A DNA stretch of 61,048 nucleotides, counting the filler. It is 8 parts of 8 records of this genome, joined end to end, with 100 filler letters (N's around TTAATTAATTAA, not from the genome) between each part and the next. Parts side by side here need not be neighbours in the genome. Positions count along the whole stretch, not along the records: positions 1 to 10,937 come from SRR20825010_3010; positions 11,038 to 17,882 come from SRR20825010_3018; positions 17,983 to 28,239 come from SRR20825010_3019; 5 more parts are not named here. One strand, written 5' to 3'. The notes beneath the pieces are model-generated. The model had not been told where the DNA came from. It ran no database searches and saw only the letters and a list, made by a program, of their open reading frames with translations. Both the position numbers and the translations under genes were made by a program. Each line of letters begins with the position of its first letter. The first letter of the stretch is position 1. Positions 9,228 through 19,527 of this stretch are shown here, in pieces.

Positions 9228-10937
9228 TTATGCCCAAGACAATGGATTGCGTCGACTTCCCTGCGGCTCTGGCGATCTGGCCACATTTCCATTCCACCCC
9301 TCCAGGTAACATGCCCCTTGAGCCGCCCCCATCAAAATAGCGGCAGGAACGGCGACAAGCAGCATTTGCGCAGCGGTGCTAACAATTGAAATACCCAATG
9401 TAATACCGCCAAAAGGAATGCCCAATGGGAAAGTGATGTTCGGGGGCCTGTCTGGTCCTTGGTAAGCAATTCCATTACCACCCGCCAAACTAAGAATGAC
9501 GTACGCATCGGCCACTGCCCATATGGCGCTTGAGAAAAACCTCCCGATACTGAAGCTTGTCACGCGGGAGTTGGGGATAGAAAAAGCTTTCTCTGTAACT
9601 CGACCAGCCAGCCACGCGATTGGCCGGGTCAACTGGTAATTGAACGAAAGTAACACCGCATGGTTAAACACGCGCAACCCCTCAGACATGTTTGCCAAGC
9701 TGCGAGTCACGGGGCCGTACTGGTGTGAATTGTTCAGAATATTGTCTGCACAGAACCGCATCGTAGAGGCAAGAGCTGGATTCAGCTTGTCTAGCTCCCT
9801 TTGTTTCAGAAACGGTTTTGAAGCCAGGTATTTGACCCTTTCCCCACTTTGGGTAAAACCCAAAACATTCATGACATTGCCAGAACGATTCAATACAAAT
9901 TTGCGAAGCTTCTCGGCACCGGTCTCAACAAAATGGCGCACATCCTTGAAGTCCCGATGGGGATCAGAGTGAATTGCGGCGTGTTCAATCAAATTGGTCA
10001 AGGCCACGAAGTGATTTTCACGGGCGAGCAATTCTGCCTTGTTGGTCTTCAGTTCAAGAAAATTATTAGGGGACTGGCCCAAACTATCGCGCTCGCTGAG
10101 GTAGGAGCCAATTGTTTTTTGCATCGCCACCTTGGCTGCTTTCTCGCCTGGGTGTTGACTAACATCCTGAAGCAGCCGACTCAGCAGGTGAGGGGATTGA
10201 TCGGCACCTCGATAATTCTCAGGTATTTTTCCTTCAAGTGCTTTTGCAATCAGCGCAACACCGCCGGGCTTGTTTTTTGCGTCGTTCAACAGCACATACA
10301 AACGATGAATGTGCTTGTCCTTGTTAAATTGGAGGAGGTTCATTATTGCAGGGCTTAATTTCGACCTGGCTGCGACGATACTACTGGTTGCGCCAAAGGC
10401 CAGGGACACCAGGGAAGACACCGCAGACACTGCACTGAAGCTTCCCACCATTGCCAAGAGCCCGGCTTTATTTGACTCATCGACTGCCCTGAGCACCCAA
10501 CCCACGCCTTTTGTAAACGCGCCAAAACCGAGCAACGAAACCGCACCGGCGACAATCGGCAACGACGCGAGTACGCGCATCTGGCTGCCCATGGCCTTGT
10601 CGTCGCGATTCGGAGTGAATCCGTTCTTGGATACCCTCAGCATCAAACCTGTAGGCGCAGCACCCAATTCTGTCACCCCATTGGCCCACTGAGCACAACG
10701 GGAAAGCCTGACCGCTGCCCGATCTGCACGTGACAAACCGTTCTCGGGATCGCAAAACTCGGGATTAAAACGCAGGTTGTCCTGACGAAAGAAGCGACTT
10801 TTGATCCTGAAGTTGTCTGAAAAATCAGGGGCTTCTGTATCCGGCAAACCTGCACCGCCAGCCCGATGTTTCTCAGCGATAAGCACCGCAGTAAGCCGTT
10901 GACTGCTTTCATAGGCTGCCCGATGGTAACGGGCATC
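9228..10937 (-). CDS. hypothetical membrane-associated protein, 5'-truncated
   Basis: 552-aa ORF whose frame stays open 17 more codons to the contig edge; several Gly/Ala-rich hydrophobic segments; no recognised family. Confidence 0.75.
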   Translation of the reverse strand, partial: DARYHRAAYESSQRLTAVLIAEKHRAGGAGLPDTEAPDFSDNFRIKSRFFRQDNLRFNPEFCDPENGLSRADRAAVRLSRCAQWANGVTELGAAPTGLMLRVSKNGFTPNRDDKAMGSQMRVLASLPIVAGAVSLLGFGAFTKGVGWVLRAVDESNKAGLLAMVGSFSAVSAVSSLVSLAFGATSSIVAARSKLSPAIMNLLQFNKDKHIHRLYVLLNDAKNKPGGVALIAKALEGKIPENYRGADQSPHLLSRLLQDVSQHPGEKAAKVAMQKTIGSYLSERDSLGQSPNNFLELKTNKAELLARENHFVALTNLIEHAAIHSDPHRDFKDVRHFVETGAEKLRKFVLNRSGNVMNVLGFTQSGERVKYLASKPFLKQRELDKLNPALASTMRFCADNILNNSHQYGPVTRSLANMSEGLRVFNHAVLLSFNYQLTRPIAWLAGRVTEKAFSIPNSRVTSFSIGRFFSSAIWAVADAYVILSLAGGNGIAYQGPDRPPNITFPLGIPFGGITLGISIVSTAAQMLLVAVPAAILMGAAQGACYLEGWNGNVARSPEPQGSRRNPLSWA

Positions 10938-11037
10938 NNNNNNNNNNNNNNNNNNNNNNNNNNNNNNNNNNNNNNNNNNNNTTAATTAATTAANNNNNNN
11001 NNNNNNNNNNNNNNNNNNNNNNNNNNNNNNNNNNNNN
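10938..11037. other. artificial contig linker
   Basis: 44 N + TTAATTAATTAA + 44 N. Confidence 0.99.
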
Positions 11038-11227
11038 GATGGAAGACCCGCGCAACATCACCGCCTGTACGCATCTTTTGTTCTGCGCCAAGAACATTGA
11101 GCGTATCGGTGATCATGCGACCAACATTGCCGAGACCGTGCACCACATCGTGACAGGACGCCAGTTGCCGCTGGAGCGTCCAAAGGAAGATCAAAGCCAC
11201 AGCGTCATTGCGGAACCCGAGGCGTAG
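11038..11227 (+). CDS. phoU: phosphate signalling protein PhoU, C-terminal fragment
   Basis: MEDPRNIT..THLLF.AKNIERIGDHATNIAE motif. Confidence 0.93.
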
Positions 11228-11290
11228 GAATCTCTTGATCCCGGAGAACGCGGTCCAGCGCACGCCGGAGCGTGCGCCAGAAGGCATGCG

Positions 11291-11677
11291 TCATGCGTTT
11301 GCGATAGCGATGGCCTCGATTTCGATCATTGCTTCTGGGGTATAGAGAGCCTTCACCTCAAGAATGCTGTCGGCGGGGTAGGGTGCGGAAAAGAACTCCC
11401 GCCGCAACGTGACCACGTCAGCGAAATTCTGCATGTCGGTCACGAAAATGGTCACCTTGGCGACATCGCGGAAACCCAGCCCTCCACTGTTGAGTGCGCG
11501 TTCCAGGTTTTTGAAAGCGCGGCGCCCCTGGGCCAGAAATCCACCTTCAACGATCTGACCATCCTCGTCATATCCGGCCTGGCCCGAAATGAATACAAGA
11601 TTGCCCGCCTGAATTCCTTGAGAAAGCAGGTAAGGGGCATAAGGGTCAGGTTCGGTGTGGATCTGCTTGAGTGTCAT
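11291..11677 (-). CDS. RidA/YjgF family protein
   Basis: SQG...GNLVFISGQ, KVTIFVTD, YPADS, IEIEAIA. Confidence 0.88.
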   Translation of the reverse strand: MTLKQIHTEPDPYAPYLLSQGIQAGNLVFISGQAGYDEDGQIVEGGFLAQGRRAFKNLERALNSGGLGFRDVAKVTIFVTDMQNFADVVTLRREFFSAPYPADSILEVKALYTPEAMIEIEAIAIANA

Positions 11678-11756
11678 GGCTGTTCTCCATTTGAGTTATA
11701 AATTAGCTATGACGCAGCTACCCCGCTGTGACAAAAGGTGAATTCTCAGCATATAA

Positions 11757-11771
11757 ATGAATTTTGTTCAT
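11757..11771. promoter_or_regulatory. LysR-type recognition site
   Basis: palindrome ATGAA-N5-TTCAT with T-N11-A core between divergent ridA and lysR genes. Confidence 0.55.
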
Positions 11772-11787
11772 CCATATGGAGGTCGCC

Positions 11788-12660
11788 TTGTCCTGGATGC
11801 CGTTGCCCGCGCTGCGCACTTTCGTCGAGGTGGCGCGTTGGGGAAGCTTTAAAAAAGCGGCCCATATGCTCAATGTGACACCGACAGCCGTCAGTCATCA
11901 GATCAGAAAGCTGGAAGAGCAATTGGGTTGCGACCTCTTCGAGCGCCACGTGCGGCGCATCCTGTTGACCCGGGAAGGCGCTCGTCTCTATCCGATACTG
12001 GAGGATGCATTCGGGCGCATTGGCGATGCATTGGATGCGGTCCGGCGCGATCTTTCTCAGAGTTCGCTGGTGGTTTCGGCGACCATGGCCGTCTCGACGT
12101 TCTGGATTGCGCCGCAGGTGCGTGCGTTCCGTACTGCGTTCCCTGAGCTGGGCTGCCGTATTCTTGCCTCCGATGATGTGGTCGATCTGGGGAGCGGTGA
12201 TGCCGATCTTGCGGTTCGGTTCCAGCGGGATATCGATCCTGGCCTTGAAAGTCTCGACCTTGCCCCCGGGAGATTTGCACCTGTGGCGGCTCCATCTCTT
12301 GCCCACTTGTCCGTCCTCGACGCGCCGCTTCTGGCGTTTGAATGGATGTCACCCCACCCCGAAGCGCCTGATTGGGAAAAATGGTGGCGGGAAGCCGGCT
12401 TTGGGGCTCTCGATACGGGGCGGATTGCGTGGTTCTCGGATGAGGCCCATGCCGTCCAGGCGGCAATAAGCGGGCAGGGAGTCCTTCTCGCGAATGTAAG
12501 CCTGCTTGGGCGGGAGCTGGCTACGGGTCTTCTGAAATGGCTGGATGGGCCGATATTGCCTTATGGGCAGTTCCGCCTGGTTCGTTCCCGAAAACGACGG
12601 AGCGCCATCGAGGACGCCGCCTGGCAGTGGTGGTGTTCGGCACTTTCGAGAGCGGCTTAA
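11788..12660 (+). CDS. LysR family regulator (GcvA-like)
   Basis: LPALRTF..VAR.GSF..AA..L.VTPTAVSHQIR.LE HTH; TTG start after GGAGG (start approximate). Confidence 0.9.
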   Translation: MSWMPLPALRTFVEVARWGSFKKAAHMLNVTPTAVSHQIRKLEEQLGCDLFERHVRRILLTREGARLYPILEDAFGRIGDALDAVRRDLSQSSLVVSATMAVSTFWIAPQVRAFRTAFPELGCRILASDDVVDLGSGDADLAVRFQRDIDPGLESLDLAPGRFAPVAAPSLAHLSVLDAPLLAFEWMSPHPEAPDWEKWWREAGFGALDTGRIAWFSDEAHAVQAAISGQGVLLANVSLLGRELATGLLKWLDGPILPYGQFRLVRSRKRRSAIEDAAWQWWCSALSRAA

Positions 12661-12669
12661 CCAATCGAC

Positions 12670-12705
12670 AAAGAAAACCCGGCCGCGGTAAACCTTGGCC
12701 GGGTT
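12670..12705 (-). terminator. intrinsic terminator after gcrA
   Basis: AACCCGGCC...GGCCGGGTT stem running into TTTTCTTT on the minus strand. Confidence 0.7.
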
Positions 12706-12730
12706 AGTCCAGAGGAGACATAGGATAGGT

Positions 12731-13246
12731 TCAGCGGCTCCTGCGCCGCTCCGATGCGGGCTGATAGGCAAGACGTGAATGATAGGTGCAGTAAGGGCCG
12801 TTCTCGCCCGCTTCATTGCCACAGAAGCTGAAGTCTTCAGAAAGAGGGTCGCCGTTCGGCCATTTGCAGGTGGACTCGGTGAGTTGCACCAGCTCAAGCT
12901 TGCGCGAGATCGGGACCACCACATTTTCCGTCGGGCGAAGATAGGTCCGGGCTACCGGCTCCTCGTCAAACTGGGCTTGCAGTGCCGTTGCACCCACGCT
13001 GACCGTGGTCGGCCGGGTATTGCGGGGTCGGCGCGACGTCGTCGTGCCCTGTGCCGCGGGAGGCGCCTTTTTCTGGCGGGTGCGCGGGCTGGTGGCGCGG
13101 CCCCGGCTGGACAGCTTGAGGCGGTGGACCTTTCCAATCACGGCATTGCGGCTGACGCCGCCAAGCTGTGCGGCGATCTGGCTTGCGCTCAAGCCCTCCG
13201 CCCACAATTTCTTCAAGGTTTCGACTCTTTCGTCAGTCCAGTTCAT
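12731..13246 (-). CDS. gcrA: cell-cycle regulator GcrA
   Basis: MNWTDERVE.LKKLW.EGLSASQIA..LGGVSRNAVIGKVHRL; C-terminal CKWP.GDP...F.FCG...YC.YH. Confidence 0.95.
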   Translation of the reverse strand: MNWTDERVETLKKLWAEGLSASQIAAQLGGVSRNAVIGKVHRLKLSSRGRATSPRTRQKKAPPAAQGTTTSRRPRNTRPTTVSVGATALQAQFDEEPVARTYLRPTENVVVPISRKLELVQLTESTCKWPNGDPLSEDFSFCGNEAGENGPYCTYHSRLAYQPASERRRSR

Positions 13247-13621
13247 CGGGACACGCTCCTGTCCAAGCGTGCGGAATCCGAATCCAGTCTCGCTCAGCCA
13301 AAGCTGAGGGAGCACCATATGATCATGGTAGATGTGGTCCGCCGCACAAAATGTAGTCTTTTTGCTTGGGCTGAAACTACCTTATCGCGAGACTCCGTGA
13401 CAAGAGTCCTTACCGTAAGCTGATTCGCTTTTTGGGGTTTTCCCCAATTTGCTGGTTTTTGCTGTCACTGAGCTGTCGTGCCCGCGTGCGTTGACAGCCA
13501 AGCGGAAACAACCGATAAATCGCACGAGTGCCGCCCCTTGGGCGGCATTTTGATTTCATTCGTCCGTGCCCGTACTTGTTCGGAGCGGATACCAATCTCA
13601 GGCTCAGCGGAGACCGTGTGG

Positions 13622-14815
13622 ATGCGTGAATCTGCGCTTTATGGAACTTATGCTCGCCAGCCACTGGCGTTTGAACGAGGCGAAGGATGCTGGATAGAGA
13701 CCGCTGAAGGCGAGCGCTATCTGGATTTCGCAGCCGGAATTGCAGTCAACTCGCTGGGTCATGCCCATCCGCATCTTATCGCTGCGTTGACGGAGCAGGC
13801 CGGCAAACTGTGGCATGTCTCTAATGTATACGAGATACCCGGCCAGGCTCGGCTCGGAGAGCGGCTGGCTGAAAGCAGCTTCGCCGACAGGGTGTTCTTC
13901 ACCAATTCCGGCGCAGAGGCGCTGGAGTGCGCCATCAAGACGGCGCGGCGCTACCACCATGTGAACGGGCAGCCCGAACGCTATCGCGTGATCACGTTCG
14001 AAGGCGCGTTCCACGGCCGTACGCTCGCAACCATCGCCGCCGGCGGACAGGCGAAGTATCTCGAGGGTTTTGGCCCGAAAGTCGACGGCTTCGATCAGGT
14101 TCCGTTTGACGATACCGAAGCGCTTCTGAAAATGATTGGCCCCGAGACGGCCGCGATCCTGGTCGAGCCCATCCAGGGCGAGGGCGGGGTTCGCCCGATC
14201 CCCAACGCATCATTGAGACGTCTACGCGAAATCTGTGATCGCCACGGGCTGCTGCTCATCCTTGATGAGGTGCAGAGCGGCGTTGGACGTACCGGCAAGC
14301 TGTTTGCACATGAATGGGCAGAGATCACGCCTGACCTCATGGCTGTGGCGAAGGGGATTGGCGGCGGTTTTCCGCTGGGCGCCTGCCTGGCGACGTCGGA
14401 AGCCGCCAAGGGCATGACCCCCGGCACCCACGGCACAACCTTTGGCGGCAATCCGCTCGCAATGGCTGTGGGCAATGCGGTTCTGGATATCGTTCTCGCT
14501 GATGGCTTCATGGAAAGCATCAGCAGGAAAGGGCTTCAGTTCAAGCAGAGCCTTGCTGCCGTCGCGGACGAGTTCCCGGACATTATCGAGGGCGTCCGCG
14601 GCGAGGGCCTCATGCTCGGCATCAAATGCAAGGTGCAGAATCTGCGTCTGCTGGAGGCGCTGCGCGATCAGAAGATGCTCGTGGTGCCGGCTGGTGACAA
14701 CGTACTTCGGCTTTTGCCGCCATTGATCATTACCGAAGACGAGATCCGCGAGGCGGTGAAGCGCATCCATGATGCCGCCGCCGCGGTGAGGGCGACCGAA
14801 AAAGCCGATGCTTGA
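13622..14815 (+). CDS. argD: acetylornithine aminotransferase
   Basis: class III PLP motifs [32 protein letters not shown]; precedes argF. Confidence 0.93.
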   Translation: MRESALYGTYARQPLAFERGEGCWIETAEGERYLDFAAGIAVNSLGHAHPHLIAALTEQAGKLWHVSNVYEIPGQARLGERLAESSFADRVFFTNSGAEALECAIKTARRYHHVNGQPERYRVITFEGAFHGRTLATIAAGGQAKYLEGFGPKVDGFDQVPFDDTEALLKMIGPETAAILVEPIQGEGGVRPIPNASLRRLREICDRHGLLLILDEVQSGVGRTGKLFAHEWAEITPDLMAVAKGIGGGFPLGACLATSEAAKGMTPGTHGTTFGGNPLAMAVGNAVLDIVLADGFMESISRKGLQFKQSLAAVADEFPDIIEGVRGEGLMLGIKCKVQNLRLLEALRDQKMLVVPAGDNVLRLLPPLIITEDEIREAVKRIHDAAAAVRATEKADA

Positions 14816-14834
14816 GAAAACCAGGGAGACGGGC

Positions 14835-15752
14835 ATGGCCAGTGGTCTGCGCCACTTCATTGATCTTTCGACCGTTGATCCGCAGGATCTGCGTTTCATG
14901 CTCGACGATGCACGAGCACGCAAGGCGCGGCTGAAGGCCGGCGAGCGCGAAAGGCCTCTGGAAGGCAAGGCGTTGGCGATGATCTTCGATAAGCCGTCGA
15001 CCCGTACCCGCGTTTCCTTTGATGTCGGCATGCGTCAGCTTGGCGGTGAAACGATCATGCTCACGGGCGCGGAGATGCAACTCGGCCGCTCCGAGACCAT
15101 CGCTGATACGGCAAAGGTGCTCTCGCGCTATGTCGATGCGATCATGATCCGCACGACAGCGCATGAGCGTCTTGTCGAACTGGCGGAGAATGCGACCGTT
15201 CCGGTGATCAACGGGCTGACGGATGACACGCATCCGTGTCAGATCATGGCCGATATTCTCACCTTCGAGGAGCATCGGGGCCCGGTCAGGGACAGGCTCT
15301 TTGCATGGACAGGTGACGGCAACAATGTGCTGCATTCGCTGATCGAGGCATCTGCACGCATGGAGTTCCGGCTCAACATCGCGGTGCCCCCCGGCAGCGA
15401 GCCTATGGCACGGTATGTCGACTGGGCGCGTGCGAATGGCGGGCGGGTCACTTTCATGAAAACCGCCGAGGAAGCCGTGGCCGACGCCGACTGCGTCGTA
15501 ACCGACACCTGGGTGTCGATGGGGCAGGAGCATCGTGCGCGCGGCGACAATGTCTTCAGGCCCTTCCAGGTGAATGAGGCGCTGATGAAGCACGCCAAAT
15601 CCGACGCACTGTTCATGCATTGCCTGCCGGCTCATCGGGGCGAGGAAGTGACTGACGAGGTCATCGACGGGCCGCATTCGGTGGTGTTCGATGAGGCGGA
15701 AAACCGCCTTCATGCACAAAAGGCAGTTCTTGCATGGTGTCTCAACAGGTGA
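14835..15752 (+). CDS. argF: ornithine carbamoyltransferase
   Basis: STRTR, HPCQ, WVSMG and FMHCLP motifs. Confidence 0.96.
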   Translation: MASGLRHFIDLSTVDPQDLRFMLDDARARKARLKAGERERPLEGKALAMIFDKPSTRTRVSFDVGMRQLGGETIMLTGAEMQLGRSETIADTAKVLSRYVDAIMIRTTAHERLVELAENATVPVINGLTDDTHPCQIMADILTFEEHRGPVRDRLFAWTGDGNNVLHSLIEASARMEFRLNIAVPPGSEPMARYVDWARANGGRVTFMKTAEEAVADADCVVTDTWVSMGQEHRARGDNVFRPFQVNEALMKHAKSDALFMHCLPAHRGEEVTDEVIDGPHSVVFDEAENRLHAQKAVLAWCLNR

Positions 15753-16735
15753 CAGGCGAAACAAGACAATTGGGCGAGTTTGGCTTCGCCGGCGACGACC
15801 ACGTCGTTCCTTTCGACGTCGATCCGCTGGATGTGCGCGGTCGCGCGGTTCAGCTCGGACCGATGCTCGATCAGATCCTTGCACGCCACACCTATCCCGA
15901 GCCGGTTGCCCGTCTGCTGGCAGAAGTTATCGTTCTCACCGTGCTTCTCGGGAGCTCGCTCAAGTTCGAGGGCAAATTCATCGTCCAGACCCGCTCCGAC
16001 GGGCCGGTCGACATGCTGGTTGCCGATTTTTCCACGCCGAGCTCCATGCGGGCCTATGCGCGTTTTGACGAGACACGTCTCGAAGAGGCGATTGCAGCCG
16101 GCAAGGATGCTCCGGAAGATCTCCTTGGCGCCGGTGTTCTGGCTCTGACCGTGGATCAGGGGGCCGACATGCAGCGCTACCAGGGCATCGTACAACTCGA
16201 CGGAGCCACGCTGGAGGACGTCGCGCGCACCTATTTCCGCCAGTCCGAGCAGATACCGACCGAGGTTCGTTTGGGCGTGGCCAAGATGGTTTTGCCGGGC
16301 GGTGAGAGTGGAGAGGAACATTGGCGGGCCGGCGGTCTGCTTCTGCAGTTCCTTCCCAGCTCGCCTGAGCGTATGCGCGGCCTGGACCTTCCCGGCGGCG
16401 ACGGTGACGAGGGGCACGAAGGGTCCACCCATCCCGAAGACGACGCATGGCAGGAAGCGCGTATGTTGCTTTCCACTGCTGAAATGACGGAACTCGTTGA
16501 CCCCACGGTCGGAGCCGAACGCCTGCTTTATCGTCTGTTTCACGAGCACGGTGTGCGCGTCTATGAAGGCTCTGACGTGCGCGATGACTGCTCATGCTCG
16601 CGAGACAAGATCAAGGCCGTTCTGGATGGCTTCACGCCGGAAGAGGTGGCTGACAGCACCGAGGATGGCGTCATACGCGTCACCTGTGAGTTCTGTTCAA
16701 CCGAATACGTCTTCGATCCGACGGATTTCAGTTGA
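15749..16735 (+). CDS. hslO: Hsp33 redox-regulated chaperone
   Basis: C-terminal CSCS...CEFC zinc centre; GTG start overlaps the argF stop. Confidence 0.92.
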   Translation: MTGETRQLGEFGFAGDDHVVPFDVDPLDVRGRAVQLGPMLDQILARHTYPEPVARLLAEVIVLTVLLGSSLKFEGKFIVQTRSDGPVDMLVADFSTPSSMRAYARFDETRLEEAIAAGKDAPEDLLGAGVLALTVDQGADMQRYQGIVQLDGATLEDVARTYFRQSEQIPTEVRLGVAKMVLPGGESGEEHWRAGGLLLQFLPSSPERMRGLDLPGGDGDEGHEGSTHPEDDAWQEARMLLSTAEMTELVDPTVGAERLLYRLFHEHGVRVYEGSDVRDDCSCSRDKIKAVLDGFTPEEVADSTEDGVIRVTCEFCSTEYVFDPTDFS

Positions 16736-17120
16736 CCCGGGCTGAGGCGCCGGGAAGATCGAGTGAGAAGGCGGGTATGTCGATCTCGAAAAGCGCTCCG
16801 CGCGGTCCTCGCATCGTGTAACGCCCCACCATGATGCCGGATGGAGCGGTTAGCGGGCACCCGGACGTATATGTGTAGCTGTCGCCCGGTTGCAGGACCG
16901 GCTGCTCTCCCACCACACCTTCTCCGCGCACCTCCTGAACCCGTCCCGTCTCGTCGGTGATGTGCCAATAACGCGCGACGAGTTGAACAGTCTCGGGCGA
17001 ATGGTTCGTGATTGTGATCCGGTAAGCCCATACGAAATGGCCGCTTTCCGGGTCCGATTGTGCGGACAGATAGCTCGGTTCGGCGCTCACTTCGATTGAT
17101 TGGGTAACAGCTCTGTACAT
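16728..17120 (-). CDS. apaG: ApaG protein
   Basis: [30 protein letters not shown]. Confidence 0.95.
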   Translation of the reverse strand: MYRAVTQSIEVSAEPSYLSAQSDPESGHFVWAYRITITNHSPETVQLVARYWHITDETGRVQEVRGEGVVGEQPVLQPGDSYTYTSGCPLTAPSGIMVGRYTMRGPRGALFEIDIPAFSLDLPGASARVN

Positions 17121-17311
17121 GGCTCAAACTCACATTGCGCGCACTCGACGCAGGAAGGATGGAGCCTTCCCGTGAAAGATCAAGAGCATAGCAGAGATGA
17201 GATGGCGGATCATGCATGAGGTTCGGTGATCTTTCATGACGCCATTGTGAGCGGCATGAGAGGTCGAATGGCGATAAGCATGGGGCAATGAGAACAACTT
17301 GCTGGTGAAAC

Positions 17312-17882
17312 ATGCTTGACGGTTGGGCACACCGAAAGATCGACCCCGGGTTATCGGCCATGGCCACCCGTCTTGCGGCAGCGGGGGTACGCGCCAATGC
17401 CGTCACCTATGCCGGGCTTGTTCTGGGGGTTGCCGCCGCCGCTCTCATAGCATGTCAGGCATTTTGGGCAGGGCTCGCCCTTATTCTGGCCAGCCGCTTA
17501 TGCGACGGGTTGGACGGGGCCATCGCCAGAATTCACGGCAAGACCGATTTCGGCGGCTATCTCGACATCGTTCTGGACTTTGCCTTCTACGGCGCGGTGC
17601 CGCTCGGCTTCATCGTCGCCGATCCCGATGCGAATGCGATCGCCGGCGCAGTGCTCCTGCTGGCTTTCTACGTCAATGGCGCCAGCTTTCTCGCCTACGC
17701 GATCATGGCCGAGAAACACCGACTCAAGAGCGATGCCCGGGGCGAGAAATCGCTGTTCTTCACCACGGGGCTTGCCGAAGCGAGCGAGACACTGGCCGTA
17801 TTCGTGGCCATGTGTCTCTTACCGTCGTGGTTCTCCATGCTTGCCTACGGTTTCGCCGCGCTTACCGCCTATACCACCGTTT
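17312..17882 (+). CDS. CDP-alcohol phosphatidyltransferase family protein, 3'-truncated
   Basis: DGLDGAIAR...GGYLD...D signature. Confidence 0.88.
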
Positions 17883-17982
17883 NNNNNNNNNNNNNNNNNN
17901 NNNNNNNNNNNNNNNNNNNNNNNNNNTTAATTAATTAANNNNNNNNNNNNNNNNNNNNNNNNNNNNNNNNNNNNNNNNNNNN
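17883..17982. other. artificial contig linker
   Basis: 44 N + TTAATTAATTAA + 44 N. Confidence 0.99.
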
Positions 17983-18007
17983 GGTTCGAATCCTGTCGGG
18001 TGCGCCA
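17983..18007 (+). tRNA. tRNA 3' end (T-arm, acceptor strand, CCA), probably tRNA-Arg; likely ICE attachment site
   Basis: GGTTCGAATCCTGTCGGGTGCGCCA; anticodon not present, so isotype is inferred from resemblance to alphaproteobacterial tRNA-Arg(CCG). Confidence 0.75.
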
Positions 18008-18237
18008 TTTTCCGTCGAATTGCAAAGACTTAGTTTTCTATCGGGGCTAACTACGAAACGGCTCGCCGCAATGTGACCGAACGTTGGCGAGGAGGATTCT
18101 AACGCCAATGGTTGGATTGCCAATCATTCTAGGGGACATTTCCCAGTTCGAACGTGTGTAGGATCAAGGGAAGCCGTGAATGCGGCTTTCGAAATGACGT
18201 TGACTTCCGGACGATCCAACGAAGCCGAATGCCGCAG

Positions 18238-18666
18238 CTATAGCGCCGACAGTAACCTCGTAAGCTTCATTGCTTCTTTAGTTGTCAACTTCGATCCGAT
18301 TGCGTCGGATAGGACCCGGGCATAGATGGGCCACATAGCCCGCCGGATGGATCGCCCCTGTTCTGATATAACGACGATCTGCCCGCGGCCGTCGCCCTCA
18401 CAATCCTGCCGCTTCACCAATCCTGCCTTCACCATGCGGTCCAACAGTCTCGACGTGCCGTATTGAGGCAGCAGAAGTCGGTTCTTGAGTTCAAACGGGC
18501 GCAGGCCTTCTGGGCCTGCCTTCTCAAGTTCAAGTAATGCATCATACCATGAAAGCGGCGGATGTCCGGCCGATTTGAGGGCAGCCTCAACCGCTTCCAG
18601 CAGCTTGCGGCTGGTTGATATCAAAGCCGCCCAGGCAGCTTGGGTCGCTCTATTAGGTTCACTCAT
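18238..18666 (-). CDS. MarR family transcriptional regulator
   Basis: PLSWYDALLEL, LPQYGTSRLLDRM...GLV.R winged HTH, DGRG. Confidence 0.9.
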   Translation of the reverse strand: MSEPNRATQAAWAALISTSRKLLEAVEAALKSAGHPPLSWYDALLELEKAGPEGLRPFELKNRLLLPQYGTSRLLDRMVKAGLVKRQDCEGDGRGQIVVISEQGRSIRRAMWPIYARVLSDAIGSKLTTKEAMKLTRLLSAL

Positions 18667-18685
18667 AAACTAATCATGCCATATC

Positions 18686-18748
18686 GATGCAATTGCATCA
18701 ACCTTGACGGCGCGCGGTGATCATGCTTAAAGTGAATGCAATTGCATC
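18686..18748. promoter_or_regulatory. pair of palindromic operators flanking a sigma70-like promoter
   Basis: GATGCAATTGCATC (18686-18699) and ATGCAATTGCAT (18736-18747), with TTGACG (18704) and TAAAGT (18728) between them. Confidence 0.7.
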
Positions 18749-18766
18749 TATCAACGGAGTGTGTCC

Positions 18767-19210
18767 ATGTCACAGCACCAACTCAACCAGACCGGCGCTT
18801 TCCTGCTCCGCGTGGCGCTCGGGATCATGTTCCTAGCCCACAGCCTGCTCCTGAAGCTCTTCATCTTCACACTGGCCGGCACAGCCCAATTCTTCGTTTC
18901 AATTGGGCTGCCCGGCTGGCTCGCTTACGTAATTTTCGCCACAGAGGCGGTTGCCGGCGTCCTTCTGGTCCTCGGTGTACAGACGCGGTGGGTCGCGCTA
19001 GCGACCGTGCCCATTCTCGCAGGGGCGACATGGGCTCATTTCGGCAATGGCTGGATGTTTGGGTACGAGAACGGTGGCTGGGAGTATCCGGCCTACCTGA
19101 CTTTGCTCGCCGTTGCGCAAGGGCTTCTGGGTGACGGCCGGTTCGCGCTCAGTCCCTCTGTCACGCCTAACTGGATTGGACACACCGGGAAAGGAACGGT
19201 TGAATCATGA
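18767..19210 (+). CDS. DoxX family membrane protein
   Basis: LLRVALG..FLAH...K, four TM segments, GGWEYP. Confidence 0.88.
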   Translation: MSQHQLNQTGAFLLRVALGIMFLAHSLLLKLFIFTLAGTAQFFVSIGLPGWLAYVIFATEAVAGVLLVLGVQTRWVALATVPILAGATWAHFGNGWMFGYENGGWEYPAYLTLLAVAQGLLGDGRFALSPSVTPNWIGHTGKGTVES

Positions 19211-19527
19211 AATTCCCTTCTGCAAGACCGGCGACGTGCCGCCGGAAGGAGAGGGCGCGGGTCTTCCCGGACTTTGGCCGGGAGGTCCAGGTCTGGCGCG
19301 TGGATGTCCGGATCTGCGCATCAGCAAACGCGTGCCTTCACCTCGGGGGACCGCTGGAGTGCAAGGATGGAGCGTTCGTCTGCCCGTGGCAAGGCGCGCG
19401 GTTCGACACGACCAATGGACAAAGGCTCGACGGCCCGGCGCCGGCGGGAGCGGGTACCCACCTAATGTTACCGCCAACAAGGATCGAGGGTGAGGAACTG
19501 CTGTACGTCTGGGGAGAGACACCATGA
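19200..19527 (+). pseudogene. Rieske [2Fe-2S] ferredoxin, probably degenerate
   Basis: CLH...CPWQ (second His ligand replaced by Gln); Rieske-like N-terminus IPFCKTGDVPPEG is in a different frame from the rest. Confidence 0.65.
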
